A stretch of 64,000 bases of DNA, from positions 8,518 through 72,517 of IMG/VR virus record IMGVR_UViG_3300030382_001297; one strand, written 5' to 3'. Below are positions 1 through 10,108 of the stretch, one piece after another (positions within the stretch are counted from its first letter, which is position 1; every line of letters begins with the position of its first letter). The notes under the pieces are model-generated. The model was not told the DNA's origin. It made no database searches and saw only the letters and a list, made by a program, of their open reading frames with translations. The DNA comes from a virus. The translations under genes and the position numbers were made by a program.

Positions 1-1
1 T

Positions 2-421
2 GTTCAAAAAATTAAAGGTAGCGAGTCGAAGAGGAAAGCAGCCAAAGATAAATCTTACTGGAAGGGAGAAGAAGGTTTGGTTCCTGATTGGACTGGTTGG
101 GCTGGCGGAGGCTACATGAAGGCTCTTGCTGGAGGAGGTTCGTCTGGTAAACTGAATATAGTAGGTGAAAAAGGACCTGAACTCTTTATGCCTAATGTAT
201 CTGGTAGAGTTATATCAAACAAAGACTTAAATAGTGGTAGGGCTCTAGATATGTTACAGAGCGCACGTATGAGAGGCGCAGTCGGTGTACAGCAAGGACA
301 ACATATGAAAGTGGAGAGTTTAAGTGTAGGGAAATTATCGGCTAGAAATTCATCAGTGGGTATAAATGCTTTCAAGGGTGACATAGGAATACAACCGGTT
401 ATAAACAGAGGTGGACGATGA
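2..421 (+). CDS. C-terminal part of tail tape measure protein (5' truncated by window edge)
   Basis: Frame is open from base 2. Motif AGGG..G.LNIVGEKGPELFMP..SG.V.SN is typical of tape-measure C-termini, and tail genes follow. Confidence 0.7.
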   Translation, partial: VQKIKGSESKRKAAKDKSYWKGEEGLVPDWTGWAGGGYMKALAGGGSSGKLNIVGEKGPELFMPNVSGRVISNKDLNSGRALDMLQSARMRGAVGVQQGQHMKVESLSVGKLSARNSSVGINAFKGDIGIQPVINRGGR

Positions 422-3400
422 GTGGTATAATCCCAGAAAATAATACTTTTTATAGAAAAAACACCATATCAACAAGTGGTGCAATTAAATTAAATGCTCA
501 TTTTAAAGATTTACCTGAATCTGGAACTACTACATGGGATTTAAAAGGTGGTCCTAACGCCAATCGTTATGTAGTTGAAGGAGAAGTACCTCTTCCCCCT
601 AATTATGGAGGAGGTTCTTTACAAAACGTTTATTTAGAATCCATCGTAAGTGGAACAGATGTTTCAGAATCCTCTATGCTTCCGACAATATCTACTTATA
701 AGGTTAAAAGTGGGGTTACTATGCTTGAAGGTACAGGGACTCAATTAAGTACTCAGGGTAGTGGAGGAGCAAATTTATTGGTTTTAGCTCGTACTATAGA
801 TAAAAGTCTTCCGTGGGCGGAAGAGACTTTTGATGGTAGTGAAAAGAGTTTAGGAGAAGTTCAGGTATATGGAGTTCCGGGAGGTAATACACTTTTAGGC
901 GAAAATCCTTATGTAGAAGCTGAAGAGGCATGCAGTCGAATTTATCTGGGTGGAGATTTTTCATTTTTTCACATAGGAGAAGATGTAGATGGGGGTTCTG
1001 CGGATTTCTTAAGAACTTATTTTGGAAAACAAGAACTTGTTACATCTTCAACTGTAGTTCATGTTCAAACAGGACAGGAATTAGAAAGTCCTAAGGTAAC
1101 ATCGGCTATACGGGGTAATATGAAAGACAGGAAAATATATATTAAACCTGTTAATAGGAAAAAACCGAGAGGTTTGTGGACCGCAAGATATGATAATAGA
1201 ACTGGTCTTAATAAATTTACAGTATTTAAGCCTATATGGAAATTTAGTCAATTAAAATCTATTATAAGATTTGAAAGGAATTCTGCCCTTCCTAATCAAC
1301 AAGATACCCCTCAACCAGTTTCAAAAAATAATACAATATTCAATATGGGTGCTCAAAAAACCCCTTCAATATCCAATTCGTGGGAAGGTAATCCTGATGG
1401 AACGGGTTGGTGTGAGAGTTGGTTAGAACTTTCTACTGAAGAATATGAAGATGGGGGTCAGTCATTAAAAATGGCCCATTTCTGGGATGATGCTTCTGAA
1501 AACCCAGCTACTAATAATATTTATGGCTCTCGTTATAAAATAAATCCGCAATTTACACGGATTTGTACAGATTTAGGCCCAATGCCGGCCTATTTAGACC
1601 AAGCCTTGGCTTCAGCTCAAACAGGGATGGCTGTAGTTAGTGGTAATCAGACTTTAACAGCCCCTGAAATTGATATTAAATTTAAGATTACAAAAATGGG
1701 TACAGCTTTATTTGTGAGCGGAGGAACAAATGCTACTAAATATTCAGTACCTAATTTCACACCCGGCACTTCAGTTGATGCATTAAAATCAGTCGACGTT
1801 GAGGACACAACCGCTCCTACTACACTTTTACGTAGTTTTACCGTTACATTCAGTAATGGTCCTCCTAAAGATGGAGAAAGCTTAGATGCATTTCTCGTCA
1901 GAACTATATCAGGTTCTTATATTGCTTCGCTTCGGACCCCTGCCACAGGTAATGTGGCGAGGGAACGCTCAGGAATAGTAGGAGGTGTTACATTTGTTAG
2001 ATATACAAATAAGGCGGGGCATAAGAAAAATTGCGTGACGGCAACGCCTTTACTCACCGAATGTAGTTTTTATGAATATCCTACTTATACTGGAGCCAAT
2101 ACTGAATATGTACAGAAAAATTGTCTTTGGTTTTACAAATCGGGAACTAACGCTGGTGACAGCAATTATGAAGATGTACAATTAGTTACAATGCCTTACA
2201 ATTTAGCGGTGGGTAGTGGAGGTTGGAGTTCTAATAGAAGCCCCGCCGATGGAGGAACTACTGCTTCTACTGATGAACCTTCAGTTCAACTTTCTATGGA
2301 TGAATGGGTTAATATGAAGATAGTGTGGCATCCAAATTTGAAAGCTACAGCTAATCAGACTACAGGCACTGCGTCTGCTATTGATATTAAAAGTAATGGA
2401 AATCCTGCTGCTCGTGTATATTTTACACAAGGAGCTTATCAAGATACTGGCATTCTAACCGCTAATGACGAAAATACAAACACTATAAATACAGGTGATG
2501 AAAAACCACCTTCTTTTAATCTAACTTTCCCTTGTCAAATTTTTCCCGGAGGAGCGGCCTTGTTAGCAAGAACTAGAATGTCTTTGGGAGATTTAAATAA
2601 CACATCTGCTAGTCCTTTTGATTTAGATTTCACTAACATAGAAAGACAGTGGCCCCGATATATGACATTATGGTTACAGAATTATAGATATGTTAAACCC
2701 GGCGATGCTGCAAATAAAGTTTGGGGACAAAATAATGGTGGTGATTCTATTTTAACAGGCGAGCCTCTTAAAGTTGATAGTATAAGTCCTCTTAGTATAT
2801 CTGTAGTTAGTGGTTCTCGCGAAAGTGAGGTTTTTGTAGATTCTATAGCATATAGAGGCTTTAATGGTGAAATTTCTAACGTTTCAGCTGGTGCGTCATC
2901 ATTTACTAAACCATTGTCTATAAAGGATGTAGCCCAAAAACGATATTTCTCAAAGGGAAATAATGAAAATTCAACAGATTCTTTGTGGGCTCAAGAATTC
3001 CCTGCATCAGAAGGTGCTAGAATAGAAACAGCATATGCTCCGACTTATATTAGTATAGGATATGAAGATGGTACTGGGTCTACCTTTACAGGAGGTACGG
3101 CTACCAACAAGGAGAATGTGATGTTATGGAATGGCTTTTCTTATGCCGGAGCATTCTCAGAATTAGCTATTAATGATTATAGAACTACCAATGCTTGGTT
3201 CAGTACAGTAACGGGAGCTCAAGATATCAGCAATGCTGCATATTCTGATACTGCCAATTTACCAGCTCAACTATTTAGGTCTTTAGTAAATGATACTACT
3301 GCGGTAAGTGATGATGGCAAAAGAGGAGCGACATATGCTTCAGAACTTAATATTAATTCTCAAGAGTCTTCTATTACTAGGCCCGGCGGATTCGCGTATG

Positions 3401-5652
3401 GGTCGGGAAATCATGGAACTGGTACTTTCTCAACAGATGGATGGACTCAAAAGGGAACTATTATGTTCCGAGCCATGTCAGGCACTGCTGATGGTACTCA
3501 AGCTAGCACAGGAGGAATGTTCAGAGATAGTGGAAGTGGTGTAGTATCTAATTGGGCAAAAACTGTGAATTTTGCGTGTGCGGCACGCCTTGTGGGTATT
3601 CCTTCTTTTGACGAAGATTCACCTTATTTTGATTATAATGGTTATGCGGCGATTGTAGATAACCCTGAAATTTTTGATGAAGACCCAGTAGGGACAAATA
3701 CTTATAAATTTTTCACTCAGTTGGGTTATAGGGTTATTGATAATTTAACAGTTGGCTTTAATTCCTTTGATGACGATTACGGTGTTATGACCGACGCAAT
3801 GATGACTGGAACGGCTGCTTATGCTTCAACAGAAACAACTCAAACTAATATTCCAGCAATAAGCCAAGATTTAAAACAGCGTAAAAAACGTGATAATGAT
3901 ATTATTTTCTTTGATACAAAGATAGACGCCTTTGTAAACAATACAATGATGCCTTATATGTGGATAAGTCCTAAAAAATACTGGCTCACCTTAGAAATGT
4001 GGCCCGGTCAAAGAACTGATGCAGATTCCAGCTTAGACCCATATCAAACTAGTGGTAAAGGAGATATATGGGCTTATGGAGGCAGCAACGATACTAAAAC
4101 TTATGATAATATATGTTTATTAAACAGCAATATAGCGGATTTTACATGGACAACTGGTTCTACTTTTAATGAATTCAGATATTCCTATAATAGTGCAGAT
4201 GCCACTACTGTCGGAAAATCAGCCCTATATCAGAATACATGGATGTTAGATGTAGGTGCACCAACAGAAAGTGATTTAGAGTTAGCAACTGATTTTGGCT
4301 TTGGGGCATTTAGTGAGGAAAATCAAACTGGAGGAGAAGCTGATATTAAAACTGCTTATCAAGACAGACCTTTAGTAATGGATTATACTGCTGTGGCTAA
4401 AGAAGTCTCTCCAAAAGAACCCTTCTTAGCTACTCTTCAATTAAATAAACCTACTTCTAATCAGGCAATTATTACTTATGGTAACGATTATACTCGTACG
4501 GTAACGGATGGTGACGATGCTACAGCAGATGATAGGAAACCTAGATACATTTTTGGTTATAGAGATACTGTTCCTGTTGTTAAAAATTTAACTGTAAATC
4601 CTACTATTAATGTTGTGGGTGGAGATACAAATTTATATGAACTTACTACCGAAAACCTTAATTCTATATCTTTCGAGTGGGAAGAAGAGGGTGAGGATAT
4701 CTGGTATAGACTTTTAATGGTGGATAATACTCCTATAGTTAATAAATATACTAACGCTTTATGTTGGATTCCATTTAATGATTTGCCCGGTAGCAGTGCA
4801 GGATATGACCCTCAATATGGTCTAGTGGATGGTAAGGGTGCTTCAACTATTGATTTGTACGCACCATCAGTAAGTGGGACAGTTGACCCATCTAGCCAGT
4901 TAGCTGACCCATATGGACTTGCTTCCGACAGTTATGCACGCCAACGTATAGAAGGACTTGCCGGATATGCGTATTATATGCCTAACACTACGGGTAGTGA
5001 TGGAACTAAATTAAATTTCTTCCCTATTGCTCATGCAACTAATGGATTAATGAACGATTCTTCAACTGAATATACAATGATGATACATTGTAAACCAGAA
5101 AACAACGGGGCTCTCTTTTATAAAGGAAATACTAGTACAGGATTGAATGTTAAATTAGTATCAGGGAAGGTAGTAGTTTCAGGACAGGCTGTAACTATGA
5201 CAGGAACTTCAGTTAATCCTTTGGACGGACAAACTCCTTTAGCAGTTATGGTTACTTATAAGAACGGAAGTCAAATGCCTATGACTCTCCATGTTAATGG
5301 TCAATTAGAAGACTATGTATCTTCAGGTAGTAGTATAGCCGATTTTAGTTCTACTGCTGTTGCTTATATTGGAAGCGCAGATGGTTCTGCTACTGACCAA
5401 TTCAAAGGTTATATCGAAGAATTTATAGTATGGAAAAAACGTATTTATTCTCCAGAAATGCCCGGTTATTTTGAACTTAATACAAAGGAATTAACGGAAT
5501 ATAACTCTGGTAATGCAGGTACAGCAGGAGCTTCTTTAACATATCCTCACCATGCAAAAGTATTCGCAATGGATTATTGTAATATTCGTGGAACTTCTAC
5601 AGGTGAAGTAGGTAGTTCTAGTGATGTAGGATGGAGGACTACGATAGCATGA
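418..5652 (+). CDS. Large tail/virion protein, 1744 aa, with C-terminal LamG/ConA-like domain
   Basis: G/S/T/N-rich beta-type sequence. C-terminal 'MVTYKNG..MTLHVNGQLE...YIGS...FKGYIEEFIVWK' resembles LamG. Follows the tape measure gene. Confidence 0.6.
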   Translation: MSGIIPENNTFYRKNTISTSGAIKLNAHFKDLPESGTTTWDLKGGPNANRYVVEGEVPLPPNYGGGSLQNVYLESIVSGTDVSESSMLPTISTYKVKSGVTMLEGTGTQLSTQGSGGANLLVLARTIDKSLPWAEETFDGSEKSLGEVQVYGVPGGNTLLGENPYVEAEEACSRIYLGGDFSFFHIGEDVDGGSADFLRTYFGKQELVTSSTVVHVQTGQELESPKVTSAIRGNMKDRKIYIKPVNRKKPRGLWTARYDNRTGLNKFTVFKPIWKFSQLKSIIRFERNSALPNQQDTPQPVSKNNTIFNMGAQKTPSISNSWEGNPDGTGWCESWLELSTEEYEDGGQSLKMAHFWDDASENPATNNIYGSRYKINPQFTRICTDLGPMPAYLDQALASAQTGMAVVSGNQTLTAPEIDIKFKITKMGTALFVSGGTNATKYSVPNFTPGTSVDALKSVDVEDTTAPTTLLRSFTVTFSNGPPKDGESLDAFLVRTISGSYIASLRTPATGNVARERSGIVGGVTFVRYTNKAGHKKNCVTATPLLTECSFYEYPTYTGANTEYVQKNCLWFYKSGTNAGDSNYEDVQLVTMPYNLAVGSGGWSSNRSPADGGTTASTDEPSVQLSMDEWVNMKIVWHPNLKATANQTTGTASAIDIKSNGNPAARVYFTQGAYQDTGILTANDENTNTINTGDEKPPSFNLTFPCQIFPGGAALLARTRMSLGDLNNTSASPFDLDFTNIERQWPRYMTLWLQNYRYVKPGDAANKVWGQNNGGDSILTGEPLKVDSISPLSISVVSGSRESEVFVDSIAYRGFNGEISNVSAGASSFTKPLSIKDVAQKRYFSKGNNENSTDSLWAQEFPASEGARIETAYAPTYISIGYEDGTGSTFTGGTATNKENVMLWNGFSYAGAFSELAINDYRTTNAWFSTVTGAQDISNAAYSDTANLPAQLFRSLVNDTTAVSDDGKRGATYASELNINSQESSITRPGGFAYGSGNHGTGTFSTDGWTQKGTIMFRAMSGTADGTQASTGGMFRDSGSGVVSNWAKTVNFACAARLVGIPSFDEDSPYFDYNGYAAIVDNPEIFDEDPVGTNTYKFFTQLGYRVIDNLTVGFNSFDDDYGVMTDAMMTGTAAYASTETTQTNIPAISQDLKQRKKRDNDIIFFDTKIDAFVNNTMMPYMWISPKKYWLTLEMWPGQRTDADSSLDPYQTSGKGDIWAYGGSNDTKTYDNICLLNSNIADFTWTTGSTFNEFRYSYNSADATTVGKSALYQNTWMLDVGAPTESDLELATDFGFGAFSEENQTGGEADIKTAYQDRPLVMDYTAVAKEVSPKEPFLATLQLNKPTSNQAIITYGNDYTRTVTDGDDATADDRKPRYIFGYRDTVPVVKNLTVNPTINVVGGDTNLYELTTENLNSISFEWEEEGEDIWYRLLMVDNTPIVNKYTNALCWIPFNDLPGSSAGYDPQYGLVDGKGASTIDLYAPSVSGTVDPSSQLADPYGLASDSYARQRIEGLAGYAYYMPNTTGSDGTKLNFFPIAHATNGLMNDSSTEYTMMIHCKPENNGALFYKGNTSTGLNVKLVSGKVVVSGQAVTMTGTSVNPLDGQTPLAVMVTYKNGSQMPMTLHVNGQLEDYVSSGSSIADFSSTAVAYIGSADGSATDQFKGYIEEFIVWKKRIYSPEMPGYFELNTKELTEYNSGNAGTAGASLTYPHHAKVFAMDYCNIRGTSTGEVGSSSDVGWRTTIA

Positions 5653-8600
5653 GTTTAACATGGAAATCAGGGTCTTCAACAACAACTTCAGCTACAGTTT
5701 ATACAGATTTAACCGCAAATTTCACCTTTACTAATGATGATGTAAGAGCTTTATATATAGATTGGGGTGATGGACAAGACCCTGATGGAAATTTTACAAC
5801 AAATAAAAAATATGCTAATTATCAATGGGTAGAATTTACCGAACCTACAGGAGCAGCTATAGTAAGACATACTTATACAGCTTCGGGTACATTTAATCCC
5901 GTTGTTCAAACCATTAATTCAGAGGGATTTGCGTCAGATTATTACAGCGCTGCCGCTTCAGGTCCTTCTCCTTTCAATCAGAGGGCTCAAATATCAGGAA
6001 TGTCCTCTACAGATGGAGAAGCAACAGGAGTAATGAAAATAGAAAATAAAACAATGAATTCTGGTATAGATAATTCTCTTTTAGAAAGGGAAGGAGCTAA
6101 AGATTTATATGTTATTGTAGCTCCTTTAATAGCTTCAGGCAACTTAGACGTAATTAAACATATTAACTTAGACTTAACGGTAGAAGTAGCCACCACGATG
6201 GTAAGCGCTACTGATGCCACTACAGTAGCCGGAGCTGGTAGAAGAGTAGACGTGTTTAGTGTTACTATAAGTGGTAGTAGTTTATATGACGGAAGTGGGG
6301 CTACTGCTATTGATTTATCAGAAGGACAGTGTGCTCGACTCTTAAAGGTAGAATATAAAAATCCCAAACTCACCATTGAAAACACTAGTGGCGGTATTAA
6401 TTCAGGTTCAACTTATGACGATTACACAAAAAATAATCTCTTTAATTTTCTTAAAATATTTATTGTAGCGAAGAGTGATGAAACTCACGATGAAGGTGGT
6501 GCTGATGTAAACAATTATTATCCTCTTACTTATGTTACAGCGGGTTCTCCTATAAAAAGTACAGATGAGCCCGAAAGATATTCTGTTTTAGATTTTTCTC
6601 AAAGTAGGGCTAAAGCCTCAAATGTAGATTTGGCCTTTAGTCGCTATGATATAGGTAAAGTGTGGTTTAATCCCGCTTTTCAATGGAATGCTATAACAGG
6701 AGCAACTAGTGGAGTATATGAATTTTTTGGGAGCAACACTAGTGGGGCAATTTCAGGTAATATAGGCACTACTAAGCAAGTCTCTTATACCTATGGAAGT
6801 ACACGCCCTGATGGGCTTAATGGAGAATACTATGTAGGAGCTACTACTACTCCTAGTATAGCATTTGGTAATGATGCAGATGCTCATTGGGGCATGGCTG
6901 ACCAGAAATATAGAATGGACCAGTTCTTAATAGATGAATTTGGTAGATTCACAGACCAATACCATTTAACTAGAGTATCAGTACAACCTTCTCAGAGTTC
7001 TGTTTCTGAGACAGGAAGCGAAGTAAGCTCAATTAGTAATAACAAACCTCATGCGTTCTGGATGCAGCCGGCCTATCAATGGACAGGAGCTTCAGCTGCA
7101 AATAGAGAGAAGTCTATATGTAAGATTAATAATGGAGTTGGTGGTGGTGTTCCCGGTGGAGCTACTATGAATTATACTGAAGAGGCTTTCCAAAACGGTT
7201 CTGCCAACCTTGTTTCAATTAGTGGTATGAACAGTGCAGACTATGAATTTGCTGATGGCAGTGATAGAACGACTGATTCTGACCCTATCCAATATTTCCT
7301 ATTACTTTTCACCGGAACCACAAATAAGGTATTTTTCAATATATCTAATTACGGTAATCAAATTATTAATTCTTATCTTTCAGGAACTTCTTTTACTGAC
7401 AGCGTCGGTATAGCTGACGTTTCTTATTTACATATAGAAAAATCTGGCACTATCCATCAGAATGTACAGTGGAAATCAGTGCCTTTCGAGGATACTACTA
7501 AAGTAACTCTCCCTTTTAGAGACACCACTAATCAGAAATATATAGACCAAAGTAATTCTTTATCACAATCTGGGTTTGTTCACTTTGATATGCCTTTGGA
7601 TTGGGATAAGGCTAGTTTAACTGATTTGTATGGGGGGGTCGAACCCAACTCTGCATATACTGTTACAGGTACTAGATTACTATTAACAGGAGCTTGTGGT
7701 ACTTCTGCTACTGGTGGAGCAGGTACTGGTGACCAGAACCCAGTTACTCTAAACGCAGATAGTCAAACTTTAGTTGAGACTACAAACAGCCTTTCCGATA
7801 ATAATATAGGGGCTTTTAAATATATATGGGTTACAGAAGGCGGCCCCGGAGCTCAGAAAGGAAGAGCTTATTGGGTTGCTATGGGGCTTTCTAATGGTTA
7901 CACTGGGTCTAGTGGTATAATGAATTTACATTATGGAGATACAACCAATGCTATAGAACCTAATGGTACTATCACTGGGTCTCTACGTAGGATTAATGTT
8001 TATGATATACTTACAGGATACAGTAAGGTTTTCCGAGGAGACTCGGCTACTGAGTTATGTCCTGTTGATTGTACCGCAGAATTTGAGAATGATTTAGTTT
8101 TCCATGATGTTACTTCAGGTGCGGAACAAGATTTATATGATGCTTGGAAGGCGGACCAGTTATATGCTTTGAAGATAGGTGTAAGTGGTACTGTAGGAGC
8201 TCATACGTTCCCTAATATATGGAACATCTTTGATGGAAATCAAGGATATGAGGATATTATTACTGAGATAGATGATTCTGCGTGGAACCTTAATTCTTTA
8301 CCCATTGTTAGTGATATAGGAGTTACACGACAAGGAGCTTATTATCAAGCTATGACTAGGAAAGGTAAGGTTTTTATTGCTAGAACTGGAGATGTTATGA
8401 CTACTCTAGGATTTAGTAGTGTAGCTTTGGGAGACGGAACTCGATTAAATACAGATGGTACGAAACGTGCGTTTACTGATGAAGGAGGAAGCAGCACCGG
8501 ACCTTATGGTACTACTAACAGTCTTTATCAACAGCTACATAAGATTAGAAAAATACAAGCTAATAATGTCCCAGTCTATTGGGACTTACAACAAAAAGAT

Positions 8601-8792
8601 GGCACCTTTGTTAGATTCTGGGGGATAGTAACAACTGTTAATGAAACATATGGAACAGGCGGCTCACAGAATGTAGTAGGATATAATTTTGATATGAGTA
8701 TTACTAAAGTAGCTCTTATAGACGCAAATAGTACATTAATGACTGATGTATTCCCACTAGGAGGCGTAGAAGATGCCAAAAATTTCACCTAG
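5631..8792 (+). CDS. Tail/baseplate-associated protein with N-terminal PKD-like domain (start may be ATG 5649)
   Basis: 'IDWGDG...HTYTASGTF' is a PKD-like motif. Position in tail operon. Confidence 0.55.
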   Translation: MEDYDSMSLTWKSGSSTTTSATVYTDLTANFTFTNDDVRALYIDWGDGQDPDGNFTTNKKYANYQWVEFTEPTGAAIVRHTYTASGTFNPVVQTINSEGFASDYYSAAASGPSPFNQRAQISGMSSTDGEATGVMKIENKTMNSGIDNSLLEREGAKDLYVIVAPLIASGNLDVIKHINLDLTVEVATTMVSATDATTVAGAGRRVDVFSVTISGSSLYDGSGATAIDLSEGQCARLLKVEYKNPKLTIENTSGGINSGSTYDDYTKNNLFNFLKIFIVAKSDETHDEGGADVNNYYPLTYVTAGSPIKSTDEPERYSVLDFSQSRAKASNVDLAFSRYDIGKVWFNPAFQWNAITGATSGVYEFFGSNTSGAISGNIGTTKQVSYTYGSTRPDGLNGEYYVGATTTPSIAFGNDADAHWGMADQKYRMDQFLIDEFGRFTDQYHLTRVSVQPSQSSVSETGSEVSSISNNKPHAFWMQPAYQWTGASAANREKSICKINNGVGGGVPGGATMNYTEEAFQNGSANLVSISGMNSADYEFADGSDRTTDSDPIQYFLLLFTGTTNKVFFNISNYGNQIINSYLSGTSFTDSVGIADVSYLHIEKSGTIHQNVQWKSVPFEDTTKVTLPFRDTTNQKYIDQSNSLSQSGFVHFDMPLDWDKASLTDLYGGVEPNSAYTVTGTRLLLTGACGTSATGGAGTGDQNPVTLNADSQTLVETTNSLSDNNIGAFKYIWVTEGGPGAQKGRAYWVAMGLSNGYTGSSGIMNLHYGDTTNAIEPNGTITGSLRRINVYDILTGYSKVFRGDSATELCPVDCTAEFENDLVFHDVTSGAEQDLYDAWKADQLYALKIGVSGTVGAHTFPNIWNIFDGNQGYEDIITEIDDSAWNLNSLPIVSDIGVTRQGAYYQAMTRKGKVFIARTGDVMTTLGFSSVALGDGTRLNTDGTKRAFTDEGGSSTGPYGTTNSLYQQLHKIRKIQANNVPVYWDLQQKDGTFVRFWGIVTTVNETYGTGGSQNVVGYNFDMSITKVALIDANSTLMTDVFPLGGVEDAKNFT

Positions 8793-9822
8793 GGTTGCTA
8801 TAGAAGGAGCTGAGGTAGAATATATAGAAGGTTCTTATTCACAGAATGGAGGAGGTTCAGCAGCTGAATTATCATTTACTCTTCCTTTAACTTATGGTGG
8901 TGGAAAAAAATTATGGAATAGGGAAGTCACTATGTATTTGAATGACCAAGATAGTACTCCTCTTTTCAGGGGTTGGATTAGAAGAGCAAATCCTACTTTT
9001 AATGAAATAGAAATATTAGCAATGGATGCTTTAGGATATTTAGTTAAAGGTGGAGGAGAATCCAAAGCTACGATTAATCTTACTCCTACTGATAATCTAG
9101 ATGGTTATACTGCTGGGGGAGCTATTACTACTGCGATTAAGAAAGCTAAGCTTAATACAAAAATAGGAACTGACATGATAGGAGACACCAAACCTTCTAT
9201 CAGTGCTAGTAGACCTCCACTAAGAGGACAAATACATCTAGAAGAACTTGTTAAAAGTCTTGTATCAGCAGCTGTAGATAATTCTGGTAGTATCCCACGC
9301 CCTAATATATATAAATTAATTGATGATGGTAGTCAATCTCAGTTAGTGATAGAACTACAAGCAGATGTAGACACCGACCAAGTAGTACATGTTTTTACAG
9401 AAGAAAATAATATAACAAGTTTATCCATTAATGAGAAAAAAATACCCACTATTATTAATGTAACAGGTAAAGGAGTTAATGGAACCTTTTCTCATGACGG
9501 AGCTATCACAGCTTTGGATAGAACTTATTTAGAAGTCCAAAATAATGAATTAAAATCTCCAGCGGAATGTGTAGATTTTGGAAGAAAAATATTTCAAGCC
9601 AACCTAAAAGACAGATATGAATATGGTATAGAAGTTACAGAAGGTGCATATCTCATGGAAAATGATGTTATCAGAGTAGAAACAAGTGATAGGAATTTTA
9701 CGGGTAATTATAGAGTTATAGGAAAGAGTATATCTTTTTCTCCTTCTGATTTCAGTATAGGTATTGTTATTAATAAGAAACCACCAACACTGGCGGAATA
9801 TATATCTGCTAGAGATAACTAG
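8773..9822 (+). CDS. Putative baseplate hub / tail tip protein
   Basis: 'LFRGWI...EILAMDALGYL' and C-terminal 'GNYRVIGKSISF' resemble hub-type proteins. Last gene of the tail operon. Confidence 0.5.
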   Translation: MPKISPRVAIEGAEVEYIEGSYSQNGGGSAAELSFTLPLTYGGGKKLWNREVTMYLNDQDSTPLFRGWIRRANPTFNEIEILAMDALGYLVKGGGESKATINLTPTDNLDGYTAGGAITTAIKKAKLNTKIGTDMIGDTKPSISASRPPLRGQIHLEELVKSLVSAAVDNSGSIPRPNIYKLIDDGSQSQLVIELQADVDTDQVVHVFTEENNITSLSINEKKIPTIINVTGKGVNGTFSHDGAITALDRTYLEVQNNELKSPAECVDFGRKIFQANLKDRYEYGIEVTEGAYLMENDVIRVETSDRNFTGNYRVIGKSISFSPSDFSIGIVINKKPPTLAEYISARDN

Positions 9823-10106
9823 TTACGTGGATATTGGGCGCTAGGTAATTGTGGTTGTCCTGAACCAGATACATTATTCAATCTGTTAGTTCCCCATGCA
9901 TTTCCAGCTTGACCATTACCGCCGCTTGATTCTCCATTACCTGCATACATAGTACGATAAGTAATTGTACCTGCTGGCATTGAAGTTCCATCACCTTGTA
10001 CACCAAGATAGTGTACACTGTCTAATCTACCTTCTCCGTTTCCACATGCGTTAAGGCCCATCTTACGGCCATATCCTGTTATGTCTGTTGCGTCGCTCCA
10101 TCCCAT
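9819..10106 (-). CDS. Gly-rich hypothetical protein
   Basis: 95-aa ORF directly downstream of the RNR gene on the same strand. Confidence 0.5.
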   Translation of the reverse strand: MGWSDATDITGYGRKMGLNACGNGEGRLDSVHYLGVQGDGTSMPAGTITYRTMYAGNGESSGGNGQAGNAWGTNRLNNVSGSGQPQLPSAQYPRN

Positions 10107-10108
10107 GT

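Noticed and set aside
418-8792. Diversity-generating retroelement acting on tail genes
   Set aside because: No reverse transcriptase and no template/variable repeat pair were seen in this window.
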